A stretch of 25,212 nucleotides of DNA from a virus (Duplodnaviria; Caudoviricetes). The translations under genes and the position numbers were made by a program. The DNA lies in IMG/VR virus record IMGVR_UViG_3300020043_002997, positions 1-25,212 of that record, one strand, 5' to 3'. The notes under the pieces are model-generated. The model was not told the DNA's origin and made no database searches. It worked only from the letters and a program-made list of their open reading frames with translations. The stretch's first letter is position 1; each line of letters starts with the position of its first letter. Shown here in pieces: positions 15,125 to 23,828 of this stretch.

Positions 15125-16780
15125 TTACTCTATTAGCAGGTCAAAGTTAGTCATTCCTGACTTTATGTTGTAGGATACCCTCGAAATCCACCCGTTTATG
15201 CCGTTAACATTAATATAGCCTTTTCTATTTGCAAGAATAGATTCAAATTGCGCTCTTGTCAATGGTGCTTCAAACGAAATGCCTTTGGCTATTTTAACAT
15301 TATTATTATTCGGTATCGTATTCCCTTCGTAAGTCAAGCCAAATGGCGCACGATTTACATAGTTTTTTGCAGTGTATAAATTAGCTATGCTTAGTGCATA
15401 ATAAATGCCGCCATTAATAATTGATCCACCGCTAAAGTATGTAGATTGATATGCGGCAATGTTAGATGTGCTTGGAACGGATTCACAAATATATAGTCTA
15501 TCAGAATTAGAGGAAGAGGCGCTGTTAGGCAATATGCCAGTAGGAACTCCAACAGCAGCAGATAATGATAGTGAATTTTGAGCGCAAGAATACGCAACAT
15601 AAGAAGCTCCCTTATAATAAGTAAGGGTATTGTCTTCGTTTTGCTCAGAATAGTTTAAAGAGCTAAATACAGTTGTGGCTATTTGGTTCTCTATTATTTT
15701 TGCATCAGTAATAACTGCATTTTGAGTTAGATTAAAAAAGGCAGGCTCTTGCTCCACTCTTATTTCCTGAGTAGGCCCGTTCTTAACAAACTCAAAGGAA
15801 AGATTATAATATCCCCCAATAGAAACCAAGTCTAAAAAGCTAACAAAAGTACCTCCAAATCCTCCCTGAATATTTTCTCCTGAGGTTATAAATACATTGT
15901 TTAAACCATAAGTAGAGCCTTTAACGGTTACTGGAGTTACTGTGCCAGTTCCAACAAGGCTAAATGTTAGGTTGCTAATGTTACCAGCGAATTTCAAAGT
16001 AATTACATTCCCTAACACAGTCGCACTAATTGGTCCACCACCGTCAAAAATAGGATAGCTTGGATTGAATCCTAGCATTCCTTGCGCTATTCTTTCTGCA
16101 TACTGGTCATTAGTCAATCCTGGAGGTATGGTAAAAATAGTAGTCCTCTGTATGCCTACAAAGTCTTTAAAGCTTATAATTATACCAGCAGATGCGCCAG
16201 TGCTAATGCAGGTCCATGTGTATTCAGATTCTTGGTAATTAGTGTTCATAAATGTGCTTACCACAGATATGCCATTGTCTGTAATATAGTCAAGAACGTG
16301 TTCCATCAGGTCCCTAAATCTATACCAAGTTTTATTTCCAACGCTTCCACCTGCATTTAAAGTAGTGCCTATGGGAAGTAAAGAAGATCCGTTTAAAGTA
16401 TTGCTGGAGTTTATTCTAACTTTAGTTTCTTTTAGCCTCATCACCTGACTTGCAAGGCTATTGTCTTCCACAGCGCAAGAAGCCGTACACTTGTACTTAT
16501 CTATCTCTACATCCGAAAGATAAATTATTCCGCTAAAGTCAATTGGATTGGTTGGGCAGTTTTCTAGAATCCTAACATTTATTGTAGAGCAAACTCCAAG
16601 GGTGTTTATGGCATCTACTATTACTTGGTAACCATCGCCCCAAAATGTTAATTCGCTAACAAGGATTGTGAAAAGGCCTTGAATATCTGTATCACGAACA
16701 ATGTCTATGCTTGTTGCGTCATTAAGGCCCATTGGCTCATCGTTAAGAACAACGCTGTTAAGAGTAACTGTAAAACTCAT
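15125..16780 (-). CDS. Tail tip protein (distal tail / hub-like)
   Basis: Directly downstream of the tape measure gene with an ATGA overlap. It begins DEPMG...I.RD...G...LTF.GDGY, ends GWISRVSYNIKSG, and has a Ser/Thr/Gly-rich middle. Confidence 0.65.
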   Translation of the reverse strand: MSFTVTLNSVVLNDEPMGLNDATSIDIVRDTDIQGLFTILVSELTFWGDGYQVIVDAINTLGVCSTINVRILENCPTNPIDFSGIIYLSDVEIDKYKCTASCAVEDNSLASQVMRLKETKVRINSSNTLNGSSLLPIGTTLNAGGSVGNKTWYRFRDLMEHVLDYITDNGISVVSTFMNTNYQESEYTWTCISTGASAGIIISFKDFVGIQRTTIFTIPPGLTNDQYAERIAQGMLGFNPSYPIFDGGGPISATVLGNVITLKFAGNISNLTFSLVGTGTVTPVTVKGSTYGLNNVFITSGENIQGGFGGTFVSFLDLVSIGGYYNLSFEFVKNGPTQEIRVEQEPAFFNLTQNAVITDAKIIENQIATTVFSSLNYSEQNEDNTLTYYKGASYVAYSCAQNSLSLSAAVGVPTGILPNSASSSNSDRLYICESVPSTSNIAAYQSTYFSGGSIINGGIYYALSIANLYTAKNYVNRAPFGLTYEGNTIPNNNNVKIAKGISFEAPLTRAQFESILANRKGYINVNGINGWISRVSYNIKSGMTNFDLLIE

Positions 16781-19425
16781 CTAAAAGACCTCCTTGCAAG
16801 AATTTTGTCAGCAGCGTTTGGCTTAATCTGCCCGGCAAGTTCTTTTATGCTGCTTTTATGTAGTCTTATCACCTTGTTTCCCCTTATGGCATTAACCATT
16901 TCAGCAGACTGAAAAGCCATCTCCATACTGGTGCTATTTGATGCAGACTGCTTTCTATCTTGACTTCTTTCCATTGCTGGAATTATGTACTTAGATGCAA
17001 TATAGTCTTCAAATCTTCCATCCCTAATTGCTGAAAGCTCATCTTTATATTTTCTTGTATCTTGCCTATCTATAACAGACTCTCCTCTTTGCAATTTAGC
17101 AATGAACTCATCCGACCTTAATGTCCCTGAAGTCTTTTTGGCATCTCCTACAATATCAATTCCTCCATCGTGAAACGTGGGGAATGGCTGTGATTTTATT
17201 GCATTAATCTGAACATCAGCAAGGCCTACCATTGCTATTCCTGCTGCTATTGCTAATTGCCAAGGTAAGTCAACAAATGCCTTTATGACCGCTACGCCTG
17301 TATTCATTTTTATTTTTTCAATTGCTGCATCTTGGTCAATTTTAAACTGCTTTCTTCTTATCGCATTTACTTGACTATTATAGTCCGCTTCTGATATTAG
17401 CTCTGATTGCAATTTTGCATCCAACATGTTTATAGATGCGTCCATATTATTTTTCATCATATCTCTCTCTGCGTCTGCAAAGGATTGAGATATTTGAGCT
17501 ATTTCACTAGCGACCCTGCTAACCATTCTTGCCGCTTCCGTTATGTTGTCTTGATTTCTACCTTTCTCCTTGTCAGCATTCCTCTGCCTGATATTATCAA
17601 TCTCTTTCTGCAAAGCCGCTTCAAGCTCCAGTCTTTCTACGGAATTCTCATCAGTAAGCTTAATTAACTCAGCGTAATGAGACACTGTTGCGGCAATCTC
17701 CTTGTCCATTGCGCTCATGAATGGAGCAGCAGTAGCCTCGGCTATTCTATCAGCATTCTTTCTAATCGTTTCAAGCTCTTTGTTAATTCTTTTTAATGCC
17801 GGGTCTTTGCTGGGGTCAGGAGTTTCCTCCCCCTCTAATACCTCTTGAGACAGTGCATCGGCAGTTTTTGCACGAGCTATCTCTATTTCCTCATTAGTGT
17901 TTTTTTCTCCCTTTAGTCTTTCAAGCTGCATAGTAGCATCGCTTTTGGCTAAAAAGACATTTAAATTAGCTTGTTTTTGAGCTAAATTTGCACGAGCCTC
18001 ATTTTCTGCAATACTTCCTTTTTCAGTAGCAAGAAGCCTCATTTCAGCCCTAGCTACCTCATCCCTCAAGAACTGGTCTTTAATTTTTTCAGCATCCTCT
18101 CTGTCCTTTCCTTCTTTAGAAGAAAGCTCTTGATCTAAATTGTAATACTCTATTCTAAGAGCAGATAGGAATTCATTCCTTGATTTTGCGTCAGTTATTT
18201 CCTTGTCTCTTTTAATCCTTTCAGTAGCAGTCATCTTATCCGCATCGGCTATAAGTAGTTTGTTTTTTTCAAACTCAGACTCTAAAGTTTGCTTTGTTAA
18301 TTCCCTTTGTTTTTTAGATGACTCTCCATAAGCTTTAGAGTTTTTTTCTAAGACCTTTCCGAATACCTCGTTGGTTATTATGGCCTGAGTAACCTTGTCA
18401 TTATATTCTCCTACGGCTGTTTGGATCATGTCAAATGCACCAACAGTTTTTTGGCTTTTTGCAGGGTCTCCAACAAATAGAGATGCGTATATCTTATCCA
18501 AAGTGCTTAGACTTTCTGAAGACAACACTGCATTTAACTCAAATAAAGAGGTATTAATAACTCCTGCTGCGGCCTTAAACCAATCAGCATTTCCTATATT
18601 GAGCTTTAACTTTAGAATTTCATTATTAACCCTATTTAAAGCAGCATCAAGTGAGTTTGTTTTACCCGAAAGGGCAGGCGCAAAAGTCTCTTCAATAACA
18701 TTTGCAAACTCAGGCAATATATCTTTAGATATAATCTTGCCGCTTTCTAAAAGTTTAGTAAACTCAAGGTTGGTTAAGTTAGCAGCAGGATGGAGCTTGT
18801 TATATGCCTTGGTCATTAAATCAGAAGCACCAGGCAAAGATTCACCTAACTGCCTTCTTAATTCTTCCGCAGCAACAACTCCCTTGGACATCATCTGCTG
18901 TAAGGCGTAAAAGGCTCTTTGAGTCTGTAAGGAAGATGCACCAGCAGCACGAAGACCGGATGCTACTTGGATAAATAGCTTTTCTGATTTCTGAGCAGAG
19001 AATCCTGCTTGCTGCGCTGCAATTCCGAAAGAGGCCATACCTTCTGCTGTATCCTCTATACTTAGTCCAAGCCTTCTACTCGTGGCTTCTAGCCTGGTGA
19101 ACATTTGCTCTCCGCTTGCAGAAGATCCGCTTAAAAAGTTTAGTCTGTTTTGAAGCAGCTCCATCTTTTTTTCGGCATCTATTAAGCCCTTAGTGAATTC
19201 GATTACTTTTGATACAGCGAATGCGGAAGTAATAGCGGCAGTAAGCTTGTTTATGCTTGAGTCAAGCTTATCGGCTTCTGTTTTTGCTCTTTTGGAAGCA
19301 TCAGAAAATTCATCCCCAAGCTTTTTAGCAGAAGAGGATGCTTGTTCTTGCTTTTTAATAATCTCAGAAAGCCCATTTGTTAAATTGGAAATATCTGCTG
19401 TGTACTGAATAGTAACATTAGCCAT
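16777..19425 (-). CDS. Tail tape measure protein
   Basis: 882-aa helical Ala/Lys/Glu-rich protein with the tape-measure domain motif ALQQMMSKGVVAAEELRRQLGESLPGA and C-terminal PTFHDGG...LQRGESVI. Confidence 0.92.
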   Translation of the reverse strand: MANVTIQYTADISNLTNGLSEIIKKQEQASSSAKKLGDEFSDASKRAKTEADKLDSSINKLTAAITSAFAVSKVIEFTKGLIDAEKKMELLQNRLNFLSGSSASGEQMFTRLEATSRRLGLSIEDTAEGMASFGIAAQQAGFSAQKSEKLFIQVASGLRAAGASSLQTQRAFYALQQMMSKGVVAAEELRRQLGESLPGASDLMTKAYNKLHPAANLTNLEFTKLLESGKIISKDILPEFANVIEETFAPALSGKTNSLDAALNRVNNEILKLKLNIGNADWFKAAAGVINTSLFELNAVLSSESLSTLDKIYASLFVGDPAKSQKTVGAFDMIQTAVGEYNDKVTQAIITNEVFGKVLEKNSKAYGESSKKQRELTKQTLESEFEKNKLLIADADKMTATERIKRDKEITDAKSRNEFLSALRIEYYNLDQELSSKEGKDREDAEKIKDQFLRDEVARAEMRLLATEKGSIAENEARANLAQKQANLNVFLAKSDATMQLERLKGEKNTNEEIEIARAKTADALSQEVLEGEETPDPSKDPALKRINKELETIRKNADRIAEATAAPFMSAMDKEIAATVSHYAELIKLTDENSVERLELEAALQKEIDNIRQRNADKEKGRNQDNITEAARMVSRVASEIAQISQSFADAERDMMKNNMDASINMLDAKLQSELISEADYNSQVNAIRRKQFKIDQDAAIEKIKMNTGVAVIKAFVDLPWQLAIAAGIAMVGLADVQINAIKSQPFPTFHDGGIDIVGDAKKTSGTLRSDEFIAKLQRGESVIDRQDTRKYKDELSAIRDGRFEDYIASKYIIPAMERSQDRKQSASNSTSMEMAFQSAEMVNAIRGNKVIRLHKSSIKELAGQIKPNAADKILARRSFR

Positions 19426-19708
19426 CTTTGGTCTTCTTTTTTCGGTTGTACGAAAACAAAGTTAAGGCTTTCTCCAATGGGGATTTCATATACTCGTTAT
19501 AGGCAATAATGTCCCCTTCAGCCATACTTACGAATAGCTCTCTCCAGTTAACATCATTCTTGTAGAGTTCTGCTCCTATTGTGAGGACTTCATCAGGTCC
19601 TGAATTGCTTGTAGGCGGATTTGGGATTGCTCCCACAATACCATCCAGTCTTTCTCTAAAGACTCGAAGTTGGGAAAGAATTGACTCAATCCGCCTGTAA
19701 CGAAAAAA
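19418..19708 (-). CDS. Tail assembly chaperone, frameshift (gpT-like) extension
   Basis: The -1 frame relative to 19576..20190 is open from the slippery T-TTT-TTC (19708..19702) to the stop at 19418, which overlaps the tape measure start. Confidence 0.6.
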   Translation of the reverse strand, partial: FFRYRRIESILSQLRVFRERLDGIVGAIPNPPTSNSGPDEVLTIGAELYKNDVNWRELFVSMAEGDIIAYNEYMKSPLEKALTLFSYNRKKKTKDG

Positions 19709-20190
19709 TCGTAAAGCTGGCCACTCGTGTAGTTCTTGCGGAACATATCCACCTTCTTGTGTTCGAATTCATCGTTCCACTCAGCTGGGTCTTGGTCTTC
19801 ACGGATGTATAGCGCACCGGCTAACTCCATCATAATCTCAGGATGCAAGAGCATCTCTTTTCTACTTTTAAGCTCCCCTATAAGGAAACCAATCTTAGCT
19901 AAGTCCTTTACCTTATCTCCGCTGGTAGCATTGAATAACGCCTGCTCCATGTTTTGAATAAAATTTGCTAGCTCGTCATTGCTAACCACTCGGTTAAGCT
20001 GGATGATATAATCTTGCACTCTGCCCATTCGTTCGATAGGGACATCGAATAAGTTGTTGTAAACAAAGAACTTATGCCCCTCGCAGACCATGGCAAACTT
20101 TAAGCCTCGCATTCGGTCAGGCTTGTAGGTCTCGTCCCAAACCATTTGGGTCAGCTCTTTCTTGAAAAGCCGATAAACAAATTTTATCAT
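19576..20190 (-). CDS. Tail assembly chaperone (gpG-like)
   Basis: 204-aa helical protein upstream of the tape measure gene, containing an in-frame slippery heptamer at DFF. Confidence 0.65.
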   Translation of the reverse strand: MIKFVYRLFKKELTQMVWDETYKPDRMRGLKFAMVCEGHKFFVYNNLFDVPIERMGRVQDYIIQLNRVVSNDELANFIQNMEQALFNATSGDKVKDLAKIGFLIGELKSRKEMLLHPEIMMELAGALYIREDQDPAEWNDEFEHKKVDMFRKNYTSGQLYDFFVTGGLSQFFPNFESLEKDWMVLWEQSQIRLQAIQDLMKSSQ

Positions 20191-20480
20191 TAAGCTAGTT
20201 TTATAAAGATGAAATTAAGCGGTACGCACATGGCGCATACAAATATCATCTCTAAAGCGTTAAAATCAAAGCCTGGGGCAAAAGATGTGGCAGCGTAGTA
20301 AATAACGCCCCAAATCGAAGCCATGCAAGCGACACAAGCGTGTGTGGGTTTGTTAAGGGGATTGCCTTCGGGAAAAGCTTTGGACAAAAAGCGTCCAATC
20401 TTCTCGAATATCATATCAGGCTCAAAGGAGATATGAGTAGCCACTATGAGTAGGCTAACTATTATCGCTCTCTCTATCAT
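20190..20480 (-). CDS. Small membrane protein (DUF1360-like CxxC-W motif)
   Basis: Two or three hydrophobic segments and CVACMASIWG. A holin role is possible but not supported. Confidence 0.55.
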   Translation of the reverse strand: MIERAIIVSLLIVATHISFEPDMIFEKIGRFLSKAFPEGNPLNKPTHACVACMASIWGVIYYAATSFAPGFDFNALEMIFVCAMCVPLNFIFIKLA

Positions 20481-20815
20481 TCGGAATAGAAAAAATCCAA
20501 CGAAACACAGCTCTCAAGGTCCTCAGAGATATCCGTATCAATATCAAGGGGATCATCAAAATTGCAAGCATCAGCAGGGTAAATTCTGACTTCATATGTT
20601 CTATTTACAGCAAATTTCGTTTGGTTAGGGATGAGGTAAACATCTCCTTGAGCGGAAGACTCATACACCTGCCTAATAATCGAATTAAGAGACAAGTCTT
20701 TAATCAGTAACAAATACTCGGTTTCTTCTTCGGGCATCCTCCCGATAAACACTTCTTCGCAGCAGATATCGTAAGTTCCCAAATCAAGACAATCGGTGCA
20801 TTCAAGGCAGCTCAT
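20477..20815 (-). CDS. Hypothetical acidic Cys-rich protein
   Basis: 112-aa ORF coupled to the next gene by an ATGA overlap. Confidence 0.7.
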   Translation of the reverse strand: MSCLECTDCLDLGTYDICCEEVFIGRMPEEETEYLLLIKDLSLNSIIRQVYESSAQGDVYLIPNQTKFAVNRTYEVRIYPADACNFDDPLDIDTDISEDLESCVSLDFFYSE

Positions 20816-20830
20816 AGCTTTACTATTTTA

Positions 20831-23128
20831 TTAATGAGGTAAAGGTAAAGTTTTATATCCACTTCTTTTCAAATGAATCAAATACCAATCGTTCAAAAAG
20901 GTGTTAATAGCGTACCTAGCGCAATTATGAACTAGTATTCCATTTGCATAAAAGCACTTGTCAGAATCAACCGTTATGTCAAATACTGTATCCGTATGAG
21001 AGTACTCAAATGACTTCACCTTTAACTTTTGCCCAGTAAGATGACTTTGTACATTTTCTTGAGCAGTTTGTGGTCTTTGTATATTTGTTTGCAATAAAGA
21101 CTTTTGAGCAATAAGAGCAAACTCTTTCTTCATTATCCACGCCAGTATTTCTTCTTGACTTTGATTTGCAGTTGTTAGAGCAGAATTTAGCTGTTGAATT
21201 TTTCTTAACAAAAACAGCCTCGCAAGTCTCGCAGTTTCCTTCACCGAATGTCTTAGTTCCAAAACCCGTGTTTGCAGCGTGCTGTTTATGCCATTCGATT
21301 CCCTTTTCTGTTGAATGCCATTCTTTGGCTGCTTCCCTTCCTTTTTCCATAAAAGACTTATAGAACTCTGGATTTTCAGCATTCCTTTTCTTAACGTGAT
21401 TGCGAGAGTGCGTAGAGGCATCAACCAATTCAAAATTATCAATAGAGTTATTAAAGGCATTACCATCCTTGTGGTGAACCTGCATACCTTGAGCAATGTC
21501 TCCATGGTTGTCAAACCAAATTTGGCGATGAAGCGACCTTGTGTACCTATCAGATTTAGCGCAGTAGTAATACTTCTGCCTTGGGTGCTTGTAATAGGGG
21601 ATTCCGTTGTAAATAATTTTACTTTCCATATACTTAAATTTTCTTCAAATATACTAAATATCGGATAGTATCCACGCTTATCGCTAAAGAATTTATGATC
21701 CTTTGTGCAATACACTTCAGAATCATCAGAAAGCGTAACCTTATAAATCTTGGCTGTGCTGCTCCATGCGTCAGTAATCATCCTCTGACCATTCGGGGTA
21801 ATTACATAATCTCCAATGCTAACATCTTGTATAGCAACCTCTCCAAATGGAGTCAGAACCATTGTGTCAGCAGCAAAGCAATCACCGTGGTCAGCTAACT
21901 GACTGATAATGTTTCGGTTACGTTTTATAATGTTGCCAGCAGCATCGCATCTAAGTTGCTTAAAGTCCCTAGACATATTAGGGCATTTCTTAGGATTCAC
22001 CCTAAAGTCGGGGTGGTTTCTAAGAACGTAGTTACATTGCGCCCTGCTGTTTTCGTGCTTAGGGTTAGGCTGTATCCGTATCTGTTTAGTGCTAAGGTTA
22101 AGCCCTCGTGCAAGCTGCTCGTAGTAGTTGGCATTGTCCCTTTGAGACAGGTCCCCTCTTTTGCCCATGGCATCACCAGTAATAAGGCACATAGGAAGAT
22201 ATGGCTCGTATCTTTCCTTAATAACATCTATCATCTTCGGGATGCTTCCATCCACTACATTAAACTCATCCACTATGTGGAAATGTTCTCCTTGGTCATC
22301 TTTCCACTTCTGCGCTACGATTCCAGCAAAAGGCTGCAAGTTAAAATCAAGCGATATAAGCAACGGAATATTTGGGTTGAAGTGTATGGACTGGTCTTCG
22401 TGAGTTAGTGCGTCATACGCCATGAAAAACGGATTGTCGGGCTTCTCTTGAATCTCCCAGTCTCCCTCCACGAATCGTAGGTATTCGTATTCGGGCATAT
22501 TCGCCTTTAGAGACTGAAGGTAGTCGGCAGGGATGTAGGGGTTGTCTGTAATCTTCGAAGGGATGTACGCCCAGGTTTCGGGCAGTGCCTTCTTCTGCCA
22601 TCTGTCGTAGACCTCTTCTTTCACCCAGTTGTTAGCAGGGTTACAAGTGGCAAGTACTACGATAGGCGGTCTGCCAACGGAGTTGTTCCATGATCCAGCA
22701 CGTTCGAGCATTTTGTACAGCGTCTGCTCTTGGCACTCGTTAATCTCGTCAATGCCTCCTCCATTTATTTCGAGTCCCTTGAAGCGATCCAAGTCCTTGT
22801 CCGTTTCGTAGTTTTCGCCCATGAAGATAATCTCGCTTCCATTAGTGAAAGTGACCGTCTGCGCCTTTTTGTCCCAAGAGGAAATATACTTAGCCAATCC
22901 TTCATTCAGAATGGAGTTAAAAGTTACTAAGGTAGTTCTTTCGAGCGTAGGCATATTCGCACGGACAATCACCCACCTGCTCTTCGGGAACTTTGAGCAT
23001 AGGGATATGAAGGTTAGAAGAAGCCAGTAAGTTTTTCCACCTCGGATAGCTCCGCCAAACAAGATGAACTGCTTCTCCCCGGACAACGCCATCCTATAGG
23101 CCTCCGTTTGTCTTTTAGTTAATTTCAT
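20831..23128 (-). CDS. terL: Terminase large subunit precursor containing an intein (predicted spliced product 446 aa)
   Basis: Walker A GGAIRGGKT, Walker B GGIDE, motif C ATCNP and nuclease LDFN. Removing residues 417-735 restores DHGD-CARY, the terminase nuclease C-terminal D..RY motif. Confidence 0.95.
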   Translation of the reverse strand: MKLTKRQTEAYRMALSGEKQFILFGGAIRGGKTYWLLLTFISLCSKFPKSRWVIVRANMPTLERTTLVTFNSILNEGLAKYISSWDKKAQTVTFTNGSEIIFMGENYETDKDLDRFKGLEINGGGIDEINECQEQTLYKMLERAGSWNNSVGRPPIVVLATCNPANNWVKEEVYDRWQKKALPETWAYIPSKITDNPYIPADYLQSLKANMPEYEYLRFVEGDWEIQEKPDNPFFMAYDALTHEDQSIHFNPNIPLLISLDFNLQPFAGIVAQKWKDDQGEHFHIVDEFNVVDGSIPKMIDVIKERYEPYLPMCLITGDAMGKRGDLSQRDNANYYEQLARGLNLSTKQIRIQPNPKHENSRAQCNYVLRNHPDFRVNPKKCPNMSRDFKQLRCDAAGNIIKRNRNIISQLADHGDCFAADTMVLTPFGEVAIQDVSIGDYVITPNGQRMITDAWSSTAKIYKVTLSDDSEVYCTKDHKFFSDKRGYYPIFSIFEENLSIWKVKLFTTESPITSTQGRSITTALNLIGTQGRFIAKFGLTTMETLLKVCRFTTRMVMPLITLLIILNWLMPLRTLAITLRKGMLKIQSSISLLWKKEGKQPKNGIQQKRESNGINSTLQTRVLELRHSVKETARLARLFLLRKIQQLNSALTTANQSQEEILAWIMKKEFALIAQKSLLQTNIQRPQTAQENVQSHLTGQKLKVKSFEYSHTDTVFDITVDSDKCFYANGILVHNCARYAINTFLNDWYLIHLKRSGYKTLPLPH
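20924..21880 (-). mobile_element. Intein, 319 aa
   Basis: Block A CFAADTMVLTP, block B CTKDHKF (TxxH), blocks F/G VFDITV...FYANGILVHN, followed by Cys+1. Confidence 0.95.
21006..21629 (-). CDS. HNH homing endonuclease with two C-terminal zinc-finger repeats, nested out of frame in the intein
   Basis: HNH motif LHRQIW...G.I..GMQVHHKDGNAFNNSIDN..LV....H...H, followed by CETC...FCSNNC and CSYC...CSRKC. It has its own ATG and TGA. Confidence 0.92.
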   Translation of the reverse strand: MESKIIYNGIPYYKHPRQKYYYCAKSDRYTRSLHRQIWFDNHGDIAQGMQVHHKDGNAFNNSIDNFELVDASTHSRNHVKKRNAENPEFYKSFMEKGREAAKEWHSTEKGIEWHKQHAANTGFGTKTFGEGNCETCEAVFVKKNSTAKFCSNNCKSKSRRNTGVDNEERVCSYCSKVFIANKYTKTTNCSRKCTKSSYWAKVKGEVI

Positions 23129-23546
23129 CTTCTTCTCGTAAGTCTTCTTCTATCTCTTCGGAGTCATCAATGTCAACCACCTGCGGCATCGAATCACCTG
23201 ATACTGTTACTGAGTCATTTCCGTCAGTAAGTTCAAGCACGAATGGCTTGTCGTTGTTCTCCTGCACTGCATTCTGTGGCTTACCATAGATGTAGGCAAG
23301 AACAAGCTCTATGGCTCTCATATTGCCACGGATACCCTCAGAGACTAATCTTGCAATCAGTCCTTCCATGCGAGTAACTCCGTTTATGCTTTTGTTGAGT
23401 TCTATCTCAAGCATATTCTTTAAGTCCTTCTTCTTAGCTTCCCTTAGCTTTTTGACAGCTACTATCCTTGGGTCATCGGGACCTGAGATAGGGATGAGGT
23501 TTGCTCGGTGGTCGTGCTTGTTTTTGCTTGGCTTTTCTTCGGGCAT
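23115..23546 (-). CDS. terS: Putative terminase small subunit
   Basis: Overlaps the TerL start. It contains NLIP...DPR and GNMRAIELVLAYIYGKP, typical of TerS-like proteins, and an acidic tail. Confidence 0.7.
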   Translation of the reverse strand: MPEEKPSKNKHDHRANLIPISGPDDPRIVAVKKLREAKKKDLKNMLEIELNKSINGVTRMEGLIARLVSEGIRGNMRAIELVLAYIYGKPQNAVQENNDKPFVLELTDGNDSVTVSGDSMPQVVDIDDSEEIEEDLREEDEIN

Positions 23547-23550
23547 GAAG

Positions 23551-23581
23551 CAAATTTAGTTCCTAATATTGAATTATGCAA
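23551..23581 (-). promoter_or_regulatory. Promoter of the terminase-tail operon
   Basis: TTG-N20-TAAATTTG, a full Bacteroidota consensus, 4 nt upstream of the terS ATG. Confidence 0.75.
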
Positions 23582-23631
23582 AAGAGCCACCATAAGGCAG
23601 CTCTTACACAAAGGAAACTAACTAAAAACGA
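23579..23631 (-). ncRNA. Candidate sRNA A (~50 nt)
   Basis: TATATTTG at 23636..23643 precedes a U-rich stretch and the hairpin AAGAGCTGCC-TTAT-GGTGGCTCTT. No ORF. Confidence 0.45.
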
Positions 23632-23679
23632 TATACAAATATACTTGTTTTTCGATTTGTTTATGGGTACATTTGTGCT

Positions 23680-23763
23680 GCTACTTTTTGTTTTGCTAAA
23701 AGTACTGTTGTTTCTTTATTTTGTTTAGCTGCCCTGGGTTGAGAAATCCGGGGCTTTGTTTTT
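23680..23763 (+). ncRNA. Candidate sRNA B (~85 nt)
   Basis: Promoter TTG-N20-TACATTTG (23645..23675) and terminator GCCCTGGGTT-GAGA-AATCCGGGGC-TTTGTTTTT (23731..23763). No ATG between them. Confidence 0.55.
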
Positions 23764-23828
23764 AAGGGATTAGCCTTAAAGTATATTAAGGTTAGTAAGG
23801 ATATAACCTGACTTGTAATAAGCTGGAC

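Noticed and set aside
21006-21629. HNH as the cargo of a group I intron inside terL
   Set aside because: The flanks are intein coding blocks with no room for an intron core, and the host frame stays open, which an intron would not require.
21006-21629. Sequencing frameshift breaking a normal in-frame intein endonuclease
   Set aside because: It would need two compensating errors plus a chance 208-codon open frame, and the HNH has its own start and stop. Disfavoured, but raw reads were not available.
3970-22601. Short alternative-frame minus-strand ORFs (3970..4176, 15391..15600, 21997..22227, 22413..22601)
   Set aside because: They are short and have no motifs, unlike the nested HNH, and are expected by chance.
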